Origin: Collinsella sp.
GTDB taxonomy: Bacteria > Actinomycetota > Coriobacteriia > Coriobacteriales > Coriobacteriaceae
NCBI GenBank assembly: GCA_018367075.1
Contig: JAGZGX010000007.1
Location: 39,044-103,043 of the forward strand
Reading direction: 5' to 3'
Length of the DNA: 64,000 bases
Part shown: piece by piece, positions 1 to 9,361 of the stretch
Numbering within the stretch: the stretch's first letter is position 1
How the letters are laid out: each line of letters begins with the position of its first letter
Notes under the pieces: model-generated
What the model saw: the letters and a program-made list of their open reading frames with translations, nothing else
What the model was told of the DNA's origin: nothing
Database searches by the model: none
Program-made: the position numbers and the translations under genes

Positions 1-487
1 GCGTCCCAGGCACTCAAGCGGTCGGCGATAACCTCGATAATCTCGGCAGAGGAGACCATGCCGATCTTGACGGCGCTCGGGCGAATATCGTCAAAGACGG
101 CGTCAATTTGCGCAGCGACGATATCAGGGGAGATATTCTGTACGGCGGTGACGCCGAGCGTGTTTTGTGCGGTGATGGCGGTGATGGCCGTCTCGGCATA
201 CAGACGGTGCGCCGTGATGGTCTTAATGTCTGCCTGAATGCCGGCGCCACCGCTGGAATCGGATCCCGCGATGGATAGAACGGCGGGTACCTTACTGCGA
301 TCCATGTTCGCTCCCTTGTCCGGACGGATTCAAATGGGTCTTTTACCCCGCATTATAAAGATGCCCGGGCCGGCTGTATGCCGAACCCGGGCGGGCGATG
401 CAATCTTTACGCAAATGTAAGCAATTGTTCACAAGTCAACAATTGACGGGCGTTGCAGAAGGCTTGCTGGCAATTGCCCTGTAAAGG

Positions 488-1822
488 CTAATCCTCCATG
501 CCAAGATCGATCGTCGTGCCCTCGAACACCTTGTTGACGGTGCGGACGGCGCACATCTTGCCGCACATGGTGCAGGTGCCCTCGGTGGCGGCAGGGGACT
601 CCTCGTAGCGCTTTTTGCCCGTAACTGGGTCGAGAGCACACTTCCACATGGCATCCCAGTCGAGCTTGCGGCGTGCCTGGCCCATCTTGTCGTCCATGTC
701 GCGGGCGTGCGGCACCTTCTTGGCGATATCGGCGGCATGTGCGGCGATCTTAGTGGCCATGAGGCCGTCGAGCACATCCTGGGCGTTAGGCAGGCATAGG
801 TGCTCTGCCGGCGTCACGTAGCACAGGAAGTCGGCGCCGGAGCTCGCGGAGATGGCGCCACCGATGGCGGCGGTGATGTGGTCGTAGCCCACACCGATAT
901 CGGTCACCAGCGGCCCCAGCACATAGAACGGGGCGTTGTGGCACAGGCGCTTCTGCAGCTTCATGTTGGCGGCGATCTCGTCGAGCGCCATGTGGCCCGG
1001 TCCCTCGACCATAACCTGGACGCCGGCGGCCCAGGCGCGCTTGCACAGCTTGCCCAGCTCGATCATCTCGGCGGTCTCGGTGGCATCGTTGGAGTCGTAG
1101 AGGCAGCCCGGGCGGCAGGAGTCGCCGAGCGAAATCGTCACGTCGTACTCGTGGCAAATCTCGAGCAGCTCATCGTAGAACTCATAGAACGGGTTCTCGT
1201 TGCCGGTGACCTCCATCCAGCCAAACAGCAGCGAGCCGCCGCGGCTGACGATGTTCATCAGGCGGCCGGTCTCCTTAAAGGTCTTGGTGACCGACTTGTT
1301 GATGCCGCAGTGGATGGTCATAAAGTCCACGCCGTCCTCGGCGTGCGCGCGCACGACCTCGAACAGGTCGTCCTTGGTAAGCTTGACCAGCGGCTTTTCC
1401 ATGTAGCCGATGGCGTCGTACATGGGGACGGTGCCCACCATGAGCGGCGTCTCGTCGATGAGCTGCTGGCGGAACTGGCGCGTCTTGCCCGAGTTGGAAA
1501 GGTCCATGATGGCGTCGGCGCCAAAGTCCTCGGCGATCTTGACCTTCTTCCACTCCTCGGCGGCATCGGCCTTATCGCCCGAGATGCCCAGGTTGACGTT
1601 GACCTTGGTGGACAGGCCCTCGCCGACACCAAAGGCGCGCATGCCCTTTTTGATGTGCACGATGTTGGCGGGAATGGCGATGCGGCCGTCGGCCACGCGC
1701 TCGCGGATGTACTCGGGGTCGCGATGCTCGCGCTCGGCGACTTCCTTCATCTGCGGTGTGATCTGCCCGGCGCGGGCGAAGTCGATTTGCGTGACGAGCT
1801 TGGGCTCGGTCTGTGTGCTCAT
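488..1822 (-). CDS. thiC: Phosphomethylpyrimidine synthase ThiC (HMP-P synthase). The track ORF 488..1846 is trimmed to the second ATG (MSTQTEPK...), which has the SD GAAGGGAG.
   Basis: Full-length ThiC-like translation with a C-terminal radical-SAM type CTMCG motif. The start at 1822 is preceded 8 nt upstream by GAAGGGAG, and that RBS is embedded in the TPP aptamer 3' end. Confidence 0.9.
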   Translation of the reverse strand: MSTQTEPKLVTQIDFARAGQITPQMKEVAEREHRDPEYIRERVADGRIAIPANIVHIKKGMRAFGVGEGLSTKVNVNLGISGDKADAAEEWKKVKIAEDFGADAIMDLSNSGKTRQFRQQLIDETPLMVGTVPMYDAIGYMEKPLVKLTKDDLFEVVRAHAEDGVDFMTIHCGINKSVTKTFKETGRLMNIVSRGGSLLFGWMEVTGNENPFYEFYDELLEICHEYDVTISLGDSCRPGCLYDSNDATETAEMIELGKLCKRAWAAGVQVMVEGPGHMALDEIAANMKLQKRLCHNAPFYVLGPLVTDIGVGYDHITAAIGGAISASSGADFLCYVTPAEHLCLPNAQDVLDGLMATKIAAHAADIAKKVPHARDMDDKMGQARRKLDWDAMWKCALDPVTGKKRYEESPAATEGTCTMCGKMCAVRTVNKVFEGTTIDLGMED

Positions 1823-1825
1823 TGG

Positions 1826-1925
1826 CACGGCTCCCTTCGTTGGCATTACCCATATCAGGTTTGCGGGTCAGGGCGGGCGTGCCCAATCTCAGCCTGCCGT
1901 CTTGTCCTGCAAGCTCCCCGTTATA
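1826..1925 (-). promoter_or_regulatory. TPP (THI-box) riboswitch in the thiC 5' leader. It is the translational-control type, with the SD inside the aptamer 3' segment.
   Basis: Minus-strand reading gives ...GGCUGAGAUUGGGCACGCCCGCCCUGACCCGCAAACCUGAUAUGGGUAAUGCCAACGAAGGGAG-AUG. This carries the conserved CUGAGA and ACCUGAU(A/C)UGG(G/A)UAAUGCC(A/G)(A/G)CG(A/U)AGGGA cores of the TPP aptamer. Confidence 0.85.
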
Positions 1926-1992
1926 TCATGGGCTCAAGTATAGCCTGAATGGGTACGATTGGGCCAACGAGCGTGCCTGTGGGGAGGCGAAC

Positions 1993-2514
1993 ATGGAAGA
2001 CAAGCATCTATATCGAGAGACGCAATGGGATGTATCGGCCGAGGAAAGCCGCGCGCACCATGGCCTTGTCGCGATTGGTTTTGCGGTGCTTGCCGTGCTG
2101 GTGATTGCCGTTTGTATCTGGACGTTTGGTGGTCGCGGCGGCACTGCCTGGGAGTTTGAGGCCGATGATAGCCTACCGATTATGACGGTGAGGAGTACTG
2201 GCGGTAATGCCAATACGCTCGCCATTCCGGGCGATTATTGGTACCCGCGCGATGAGTTTGTGCAGTTGCAGCTGAGTGGTGGGTCCATTCCAGGCGAAGA
2301 AATCGAACGCGTGACGTTTGACGCGGCGCTCAAAACGCTGACGGTGAAGCTCAAAGATCAAGGAGATGTGCCCACGACCATGGATATCGCCCTGACGGAA
2401 TGGCGTCTGGAGCCTCCGACGGGTGTTGCGGTGTCCGAGGTTGAGCACGTCAAGATTGTCTATCGGGACGGCACGACAAATGAAATTGCCAAAGCCGACG
2501 GCTTGGCGGAATAG
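1993..2514 (+). CDS. Hypothetical membrane-anchored protein, 173 aa, with one predicted TM helix (LVAIGFAVLAVLVIAVCIW).
   Basis: The track ORF 1813..2514 is trimmed to M61 (MEDKHLYRE), which has the SD GGGGAGG 6 nt upstream. High GC3. No recognisable family. Confidence 0.45.
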   Translation: MEDKHLYRETQWDVSAEESRAHHGLVAIGFAVLAVLVIAVCIWTFGGRGGTAWEFEADDSLPIMTVRSTGGNANTLAIPGDYWYPRDEFVQLQLSGGSIPGEEIERVTFDAALKTLTVKLKDQGDVPTTMDIALTEWRLEPPTGVAVSEVEHVKIVYRDGTTNEIAKADGLAE

Positions 2515-2554
2515 ACGTCGTGCCTAGGCAGTACATTCAAGAGTAGCGGTGGTC

Positions 2555-3364
2555 CTACAAGGCCCGTTCGTTCAGGAAGACCAAAGTGTTTTTATTTGAA
2601 AGCTCGGGAAGGTGACGATAGCCAACGTCGAACGCGGTGAGCCCGCTTACATCCTCGACCTTGTTTTCCGCCATCCAGCGCACCATGGAGCCGCGCGCCT
2701 TTTTGCTGGCGGTCGAGCGCTGGATGGGCTTGCCGTTGCGGATGCCTTCACCAAAGAGGCACGTGACGACTGTGGCGTCGCCCGCGAGGTGGGGCAGAAC
2801 GGCTTTGGCGTACTCCGCGCTGGCGAGATTGACGATCGTAGCGTTGGAGCTCGCCGGAGCGATGGTCCGTGCGAGCTTGTCGCCCCAAAACGCGTAGAGG
2901 TCTCGGGCATCGTCGACGGCAAGCTTTGCGCCCATCTCCAGCCGATACGGTTCAACGGCATGAAAGGGGCGTACGCATCCGTAAAGGCCGGAGAGGATCC
3001 ACAGATGGTCTTGCAGCCATGCGAGCTGCACTGAATCCATCACCTCGGGTGCCATGCTCTGGTACTGAATGCCGTGATAGGACATGATGGCGGGGGAGAG
3101 GTGACGGGCGAGTGCGGGATTGTCGAGATCGCCGTTCCCCAAGATAGGCTCGAACTCATGCAAAATGTCGAGACAAGGGGCCAGCAGCTTGTCGCTGACG
3201 TTCCACAGAGCTTGTAGGCCGCTGTCGCCTTCGGTTCGTTCGATGTCCAAGAGCGCATGGTGCAGCTGAGCGGTCTCGCGCGCAAAGGGCGGAATCCCCT
3301 GAACTTCAAAAGCATCTTGGGCCGCGCGCATCTGCTTGGCGGGCGAAATGATGACCTGCAGCAT
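2555..3364 (-). CDS. yaaA: Peroxide stress protein YaaA (UPF0246/DUF328).
   Basis: N-terminus MLQVIISPAKQM matches the YaaA hallmark MLxxISPAK. The track ORF is trimmed to M68, which has the SD GAGGAGAG. Confidence 0.8.
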   Translation of the reverse strand: MLQVIISPAKQMRAAQDAFEVQGIPPFARETAQLHHALLDIERTEGDSGLQALWNVSDKLLAPCLDILHEFEPILGNGDLDNPALARHLSPAIMSYHGIQYQSMAPEVMDSVQLAWLQDHLWILSGLYGCVRPFHAVEPYRLEMGAKLAVDDARDLYAFWGDKLARTIAPASSNATIVNLASAEYAKAVLPHLAGDATVVTCLFGEGIRNGKPIQRSTASKKARGSMVRWMAENKVEDVSGLTAFDVGYRHLPELSNKNTLVFLNERAL

Positions 3365-3386
3365 GGACTCTCCTCTGCCAAAAAGG

Positions 3387-3454
3387 AAGTTGCGGTGGAA
3401 TACGGTCTGTTTTGGCCGTTTATGGGCCAGTTTAGTCCGTATTTCACCGCAACT
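3387..3454. repeat. Copy A of the 68-nt palindromic intergenic repeat (REP/MITE-like). Arms are AAGTTGCGGTGGAATACGGTCTG and CAGTTTAGTCCGTATTTCACCGCAACT.
   Basis: Inverted repeat with a ~18-nt loop. It lies between the 3' end of the aminopeptidase gene and the 5' end of yaaA. The same element is found at 24078, 41080 and 42362. Confidence 0.8.
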
Positions 3455-3467
3455 GATGAAGGATCGG

Positions 3468-4865
3468 TTAGGCGCGCTCGAGGAAGGCCTTGTAGCCGCG
3501 ATAGGCCTCGTAGATGTCGGCCTTGTTGGCGACCTCCCACAGGGCGTGCATGGACAGGACGGCAACGCCGGAGTCGATGACGTTCATGCCATACTTGGCC
3601 ATGATGTAGGCGATGGTGCCGCCGCCGCCCGCGTTGACGCGACCGAGCTCGCAGGTCTGGAAGTCTACGCCGGCCTCGTCCATGATGTCGCGGACGAGGG
3701 CCACATACTCGGCGTCGGCGTCGTTGGAGCCACCCTTGCCGCGGCTGCCCGTGTACTTGTTAAAGCACAGGCCACGACCCATAAAGGCTGCGTTCTTGGT
3801 TTCGAACTTGCCGGCATAGCCCGGGTCGAAGCCGGCGGACACGTCAGAGGAGAGCATGCGGCTGTGGGCGAGTGCGCGGCGCAGGGCCAGCGGGCTATCC
3901 TCGCCGGCGAGCGTCATGATCTCGGCGACGGTGTTCTCGAAGAAGCGGCTCGTCATGCCGGTGGCACCCACGGAACCGATCTCCTCCTTGTCGACGATGA
4001 GTGTGATGCTCGTGCGCTCCACGTTGGCGACGTCGATCTGGGCGAGCATGGACGGATAGGCGCAGACACGGTCGTCGTGGCCATAGCCCAGAATCATGGA
4101 GCGGTCGAGGCCCATGTCGCGGGCCGGGCCGGCGGGCACGACCTCGATCTCGGCGGAGAGGAAGTCCTCCTCCTCGACGTCGTACTGCTCCTTGAGGATG
4201 TCCAGGAACATCTGCTTGACGGGCTCCTTGGGGGCGTCCTTGTCGTCCTCGTCAAACTTGACGGGGCGGCCGCCCACGATCACGTCGAGGATCTCGGCAT
4301 CGACGGCGTCCTTGGCGGGCTTGGCCATCTGCTCGCTCGAGAGGTGAATCAGCAGGTCGGAGATGGTAAAGACCGGGTCGTCCGCCTTGTCGCCGATGTT
4401 GATGTCGACGGTGGTGCCGTCCTTTTTGCAGATGACGCCTACGAGTGCGAGCGGGGAAGCGACCCAGTGGTAGCTCTTGACGCCGCCGTAGTAGTGCGTG
4501 TCGAGATAAGCCATGTCGCCGGCCTCGAAGGCGGGGTTCTGCTTAAGGTCCAGGCGCGGCGAGTCCACGTGGGCGCCCAGGATGTTAAAGCCCTGCTCGA
4601 GCGGGGCGGTGCCCAGGTTGACGAGCATGAGGTCCTTGCCGTGATTGGCGGCGTACACCTTGTCGCCGGCCTTGAGCGCGCGGCCCTCGGAGATCACGGT
4701 CTCCAGATTGACGTAGCCCGCCTCCTCGGCCATCTTGATACCGGTCTTGACGCACAGGCGCTCGGTCTTGTTCTCGCTCAAAAACTGCTTATAGCCGCGG
4801 CAAAGCTCCTCGAGCTCTTCGATCTGCTGTGGCGTGTACTTTTTCCATGCGCAGGGACGTTCCAT
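3468..4865 (-). CDS. M18-family aminopeptidase (aspartyl-aminopeptidase-like), 466 aa.
   Basis: ILGAHVDSPRLDLK metal-binding motif, YGHDDRV, and the overall length fit M18 peptidases. The track ORF 3468..5264 is trimmed to MERPCAWKKY, which has the SD AAGGAG. Confidence 0.7.
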   Translation of the reverse strand: MERPCAWKKYTPQQIEELEELCRGYKQFLSENKTERLCVKTGIKMAEEAGYVNLETVISEGRALKAGDKVYAANHGKDLMLVNLGTAPLEQGFNILGAHVDSPRLDLKQNPAFEAGDMAYLDTHYYGGVKSYHWVASPLALVGVICKKDGTTVDINIGDKADDPVFTISDLLIHLSSEQMAKPAKDAVDAEILDVIVGGRPVKFDEDDKDAPKEPVKQMFLDILKEQYDVEEEDFLSAEIEVVPAGPARDMGLDRSMILGYGHDDRVCAYPSMLAQIDVANVERTSITLIVDKEEIGSVGATGMTSRFFENTVAEIMTLAGEDSPLALRRALAHSRMLSSDVSAGFDPGYAGKFETKNAAFMGRGLCFNKYTGSRGKGGSNDADAEYVALVRDIMDEAGVDFQTCELGRVNAGGGGTIAYIMAKYGMNVIDSGVAVLSMHALWEVANKADIYEAYRGYKAFLERA

Positions 4866-5031
4866 GACGCAGACTCCTTTCGGATCGATCGTGCTGGTTG
4901 ATGTACCGTGAGCCATCGTATCACGCGCGGGCCCGCGGCGGCAGGGAAGCCTGATGTGCGGTGGCCGCGGGGCGGGGAGCGTGTAAACTGGTGTGAGCAA
5001 ACCGTGCCCAGCCCAAAGCGAGGTATTCAAT

Positions 5032-7779
5032 ATGTCTGACAAGCGCCGCACCTTTGCCGTTATCGACGGCAACTCGCTCATGCACCGCGCCTTCCACGCC
5101 GTGCCGCCCACCATGAACGCGCCGGACGGTCGTCCCACCAACGCGATCTTTGGCTTTTTGAATATGTTCCTCAAGATGATTGACGCCTTTAATCCCGACG
5201 GCGTTGTTGTGGCGTTTGACAAGGGCAAGCCGCGCGTGCGCATGGAGATGCTGCCGCAGTACAAGGCTCAGCGCCCGCCCATGGACCCCGATCTGCACGC
5301 ACAGTTTCCCATGATTAAGGAGCTGCTCGCCGCGCTCAACGTGCCGATTTTGCAGTCCGAGGGCTGGGAAGGCGATGACATTCTGGGCACTATGGCGCGC
5401 CTGGGCGAGCAGGCCGGCTGTGACATGCTGCTGGTGACCGGTGATCGCGATATGTATCAGCTCGTGACCGAGCACGTCAACGTGGTCTCGACCCGCAAGG
5501 GCCTGTCCGACGTGGCGATCATGACGCCCGAGAGCGTGGACGATCTGTATCACGGCATCACGCCGGCGCTCGTGCCCGACTTTTATGGTCTGAAGGGCGA
5601 CACGTCCGATAACATCCCCGGCGTGCCGGGCATCGGCCCCAAAAAGGCGAGCGCGCTCATCGCACAGTACGGTAGCCTGGACGAGGTCATCGCACACGCC
5701 GACGAGGTCAAGGGCAAAATGGGCGAAAACCTGCGCGCACACATCGACGACGCGCTGCTGAGCCGCAAGGTTGCGACCATTCGCACCGATGCGCCTGTTG
5801 AGCTCGATTTTGAGGCGACGTCCTTCCCGGCGTTTTCTGCCGATGAGGTTTCCGCGGCGCTGGGTACGCTTGGTATCACCGCCATGCAGAACCGTTTCTT
5901 GGCACTGATCGGCGGCGAGGGCGGGGCTGCTGCCTCCAGTGTGTTTGAGATGCCTGCGATGGTTCGCGCGGCCGCCGGCGATGCTGACGCGCTTGGTGCC
6001 GTTGCGGCTGAGATCTCCCGTGCGATTGGTGCCGGTGAGTGGGTCGCCGCCGTGGTGGACGACGACAAGGAAGAGGGCGCGCTCTTTGGGCTGACGCGCA
6101 CGCTGTGGTTGGCGACGTCCAAGGGCCTGTTCGCGCTCGAAGAGGGCGACAGCGATGCGGCGGCTGAAGTTGAGGGCTTCAACTTCGTCCACGGCGTGAT
6201 CGCCGGTGTGCTCGCGCGCCTGTTTATGGAGGGCCGCGTGGCGAGCCCGGACATGAAAGCGCTGCTGCACGAGCTTTCGCCTATCGATTCCTCTGAACCC
6301 GAGCTCATGGATCCGCTCGCTGCCGATTCCACGCGCATCTTCGATACCGTGGTTGCCGCCTACCTGCTGGATTCCGACCGCTCCGAGTTCGATGAGGCGT
6401 ATCTGGCCGATACCTACCTGCAGATGTCGCTGCCTGCGGCACGCGGCGCAGAGGGTGCCGGTGAGGACGCTCCTGCGCCCGTCGCTCGCACGGCGGCCTT
6501 GACGCTGGCGCTCGTGGCGCCGTTGCGCGAGTGCATGGCCCGTGAGAATGCCGCCAACGTGTTCGATGGCATCGAGATGCCGCTCGTTCCGGTACTTGCC
6601 AAGATGGAGCGCGCGGGCATGCTCGTGGACCCCGACCGCCTGCGCAATCTGTCCGAGGGCCTGGCGACCCAGATTGCCGAGGTCGAGCGCAGCATTCGCG
6701 ACCTGGCGGGTGACGAGACCTTTAATATTGGCAGTCCCATGCAGCTGTCGCACGTGCTGTTTGACGTTATGGGGCTTCCGACCAAGGGCCTCAAAAAGAC
6801 TAAGCGCGGCTATTATTCGACCAACGCCAAGGTGTTGAGCGACCTCGCCCGCGACCACGAGATCGTGCGCCTGATTTTGGACTGGCGTGAGAAGTCCAAG
6901 ATTAAGTCGACCTATCTGGACACGCTAGGTCCGTTGCGCCGTGGTGACGGTCGAGTGCACACCACGTACAACCAGACCATCACCGCGACGGGGCGTCTGT
7001 CCTCGAGCGACCCGAACCTGCAGAACATTCCGACGCGCTCGGAGCTGGGGCGTACCGTCAAGACGGCGTTCTCGGCGGGCGAGGGCAGCGTCTTTTTGGC
7101 GGTGGACTACTCGCAGATCGAGCTGCGTCTGCTGGCGCATCTTTCGGGTGACGAGCACCTGGTGCGCGCCTTTAACAAGGGCGAGGACTTCCACGCCGAG
7201 ACGGCCGCGCGTGTGTTTGGCGTTCCCGTGTCCGAGGTAACGCCCGATTTGCGTAGCCGCGCCAAGGCCGTGAACTTTGGCATCGTGTACGGCCAGCAGG
7301 CCTACGGTCTGTCGCAGTCGCTGCATATCTCGATGGCCGAGGCGCGCGACATGATCGACCGCTACTACGAGGCCTATCCGGGCGTGCGCACGTTCCTCGA
7401 CAACGTGGTGGCGCGTGCTAAGCAGACGGGCTACGCCGAGACCATGTACGGCCGCAGACGCCATATTCCCGAGCTCAAGGCCAAAAATCCGCAGCTTCGC
7501 GGCTTTGGCGAACGCACGGCCATGAACCACCCCATGCAGGGCACCGCAGCAGACATCATCAAGATCGCTATGGCCCGCGTAAGCCGCCGCCTGGAAGAAG
7601 AGGGCTTTGCCGCCCACATGATTCTGCAGGTACACGACGAACTGGACTTTGAGTGCCCCGTCGACGAAGTCGAGCGCCTAACCGCCATGGTCCGCGACGT
7701 CATGGAGCACGTAGTAGACCTCCGCGTACCGTTGATCGCCGAAGCCAGCACCGGTATAACCTGGGCCGACGCAAAATAA
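5032..7779 (+). CDS. polA: DNA polymerase I (5'-3' exonuclease, inactive or short 3'-5' exonuclease region, and polymerase domains).
   Basis: N-terminal FAVIDGNSLMHRAFHA (5' nuclease) and C-terminal polymerase motifs RRxAKxxNFGxxYG and QVHDEL. Start at MSDKRRTF. Confidence 0.92.
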   Translation: MSDKRRTFAVIDGNSLMHRAFHAVPPTMNAPDGRPTNAIFGFLNMFLKMIDAFNPDGVVVAFDKGKPRVRMEMLPQYKAQRPPMDPDLHAQFPMIKELLAALNVPILQSEGWEGDDILGTMARLGEQAGCDMLLVTGDRDMYQLVTEHVNVVSTRKGLSDVAIMTPESVDDLYHGITPALVPDFYGLKGDTSDNIPGVPGIGPKKASALIAQYGSLDEVIAHADEVKGKMGENLRAHIDDALLSRKVATIRTDAPVELDFEATSFPAFSADEVSAALGTLGITAMQNRFLALIGGEGGAAASSVFEMPAMVRAAAGDADALGAVAAEISRAIGAGEWVAAVVDDDKEEGALFGLTRTLWLATSKGLFALEEGDSDAAAEVEGFNFVHGVIAGVLARLFMEGRVASPDMKALLHELSPIDSSEPELMDPLAADSTRIFDTVVAAYLLDSDRSEFDEAYLADTYLQMSLPAARGAEGAGEDAPAPVARTAALTLALVAPLRECMARENAANVFDGIEMPLVPVLAKMERAGMLVDPDRLRNLSEGLATQIAEVERSIRDLAGDETFNIGSPMQLSHVLFDVMGLPTKGLKKTKRGYYSTNAKVLSDLARDHEIVRLILDWREKSKIKSTYLDTLGPLRRGDGRVHTTYNQTITATGRLSSSDPNLQNIPTRSELGRTVKTAFSAGEGSVFLAVDYSQIELRLLAHLSGDEHLVRAFNKGEDFHAETAARVFGVPVSEVTPDLRSRAKAVNFGIVYGQQAYGLSQSLHISMAEARDMIDRYYEAYPGVRTFLDNVVARAKQTGYAETMYGRRRHIPELKAKNPQLRGFGERTAMNHPMQGTAADIIKIAMARVSRRLEEEGFAAHMILQVHDELDFECPVDEVERLTAMVRDVMEHVVDLRVPLIAEASTGITWADAK

Positions 7780-7813
7780 AGACGCACCAACAACCCCAAA
7801 GTAACCAAAAGCA

Positions 7814-7847
7814 GAAGGGGGCTCCTTGCCAACAAGGAGCCCCCTTC
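7814..7847. terminator. Bidirectional hairpin terminator between convergent polA and the HAD gene.
   Basis: GAAGGGGGCTCCTT-GCCAAC-AAGGAGCCCCCTTC is a perfect 14-bp stem. It is followed by TT/A-rich sequence. Confidence 0.7.
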
Positions 7848-7973
7848 ATTCCAAATAATTCAGCCAAGTATCTAGGCGCCAAGACGCCATCTTGGCGGCA
7901 GGTAAGTAAACCTAGGGCCTGGCCGGGCGGCACGGGTTAACTTTTCGTAGATTCCGCACGCAAAGAAAGCCAC

Positions 7974-8807
7974 TTAATGTGGCTTTCGTCTTGCGCAGGA
8001 CCTGACCGAGGTCAGTACGCCCCCGTCGTTGTTACTCGGAATGCGCCACTTAGCATGCGCGTTCATATGCTCCTCGGCGTTGTCCACGATAAAGCTGTGG
8101 CCGACGCGCTCCAGCATGGGGATGTCGTTGTAGGTGTCGCCCACGGCAGCGGCATCGGCAATATCGATGCCCAGGTGCTCGCACAGATGCGCGACGCCGG
8201 CGCCCTTGTCAACGCCCAGGTTCATAAAGTCGATCCACTCGCGCCCGGCGTTGGTGACGTAGAGCTTGTCCGAGAACTCGGGGCTATAGGTCTCGCGGAA
8301 AGCGGGCTCGGCGTCGTAGCCGGGGAAGAAGACCGAAATCTTGTTGGACTCGAAATCAATGCCCTCAAAGCTGTCGACGTAGTTGATTGTGTTGTAGTAG
8401 ACGCTGATCTCGTCGTGGTACTGATGGTCGCGGGCAAGCACGTAGAACTCGTCGAAGCAGCACAGGACGGGGACAGCGCGAGGATCCTCCGAGGCACGGC
8501 TCAAGACCTGCTGATACAGCTCCACGTCAATATTGCTCTTATAGATATAGCTGCCGCGATAGATCACGCACGCTCCGTTGTCGGGACAAAAGGCGAGGCG
8601 GTTCTTGATGCCCTCGAACATCTCCTCGAGCTTGGGGGCTGGACGTCCGCTAGCGGGGCAGAACACGATGCCAGCCTCGGCGAGCTTGTCCAGGCGCTCA
8701 TCAAGACCCTGAGGTAGCACGCGCTCGTCGGTGAGAAGCGTCTTGTCCATATCAACGGCGAGAATCTTAATGTTTCCAATATTGGCGTCCGATTCGTAAG
8801 TTTGCAT
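7974..8807 (-). CDS. Cof-type HAD-IIB phosphatase.
   Basis: ILAVDMDKTLL (DxD motif I) ... GDTYNDIPM (motif IV) with a cap domain. 277 aa. Confidence 0.7.
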   Translation of the reverse strand: MQTYESDANIGNIKILAVDMDKTLLTDERVLPQGLDERLDKLAEAGIVFCPASGRPAPKLEEMFEGIKNRLAFCPDNGACVIYRGSYIYKSNIDVELYQQVLSRASEDPRAVPVLCCFDEFYVLARDHQYHDEISVYYNTINYVDSFEGIDFESNKISVFFPGYDAEPAFRETYSPEFSDKLYVTNAGREWIDFMNLGVDKGAGVAHLCEHLGIDIADAAAVGDTYNDIPMLERVGHSFIVDNAEEHMNAHAKWRIPSNNDGGVLTSVRSCARRKPH

Positions 8808-9081
8808 AAAAATGCGCCTTTCGTTTCGAGATTGTTTCAGACGTTATAACCATCAACTAGTAGTCGAGCGTATTTTCGCAGGAATGGTGCGTATTTGCAC
8901 CACGCTTCACAAAGTAATGAAAAAACTTTTCAGAAATTTGAATTTGTCGCTTGTGCTGCGGGCACTTTAGCGTAATATAGCGACCATCGAAAACGGAGAC
9001 GGAAAAACAACCGCTTACCGAGTAAAAGGTACCGTTTACGATATTTGAATTGCGCCCGGCGATACGTGAAAGGAGAGGCAG

Positions 9082-9156
9082 ATGCAGTTCGTAAAGATCA
9101 TCACCACTGCAGACAATGCCATCCGACGCCAGCGCGCAATTTCCCGACGACGATAA
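9082..9156 (+). CDS. Candidate 24-aa leader peptide MQFVKIITTADNAIRRQRAISRRR in the AT-rich argG leader. Speculative.
   Basis: Strong SD GAAAGGAGAGG 4 nt before the ATG. Six Arg residues, with three consecutive rare CGA codons immediately before the stop. A hairpin plus U-run (9188..9222) follows. Confidence 0.25.
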   Translation: MQFVKIITTADNAIRRQRAISRRR

Positions 9157-9361
9157 CAATCGTCTCTGTCCGCATGGGGCGAATTGCCTCAACAGAGTCA
9201 TTTTGAGGTCGTTGGGTTTTAGCACGACATTGCTGCATGTTTCTAGGGCATGTATGTGCTGATTTTTGCTATTTAACCTGATATTGCACGGTATATGACC
9301 TTGAAATGACTTGCAACTGACCGATGTTCTAACTAGCTACCAAGGGCGAAAGGAAACAGCC

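Noticed and set aside
7957-7985. The hairpin AAAGCCAC-TTAA-GTGGCTTT as the terminator of the Cof-type HAD gene.
   Set aside because: It overlaps the HAD gene stop codon itself and lacks a clear U-tract on the minus strand. The strong bidirectional hairpin at 7814..7847 is the more plausible terminator for both convergent genes.
8857-9225. Track ORF of 122 aa on the minus strand in the argG upstream region.
   Set aside because: It lies wholly inside a 550-bp AT-rich regulatory spacer. It has no SD and an atypical composition. It overlaps the better-supported SD-led leader mini-ORF on the plus strand. It is kept only as a caveat in the argG leader finding.
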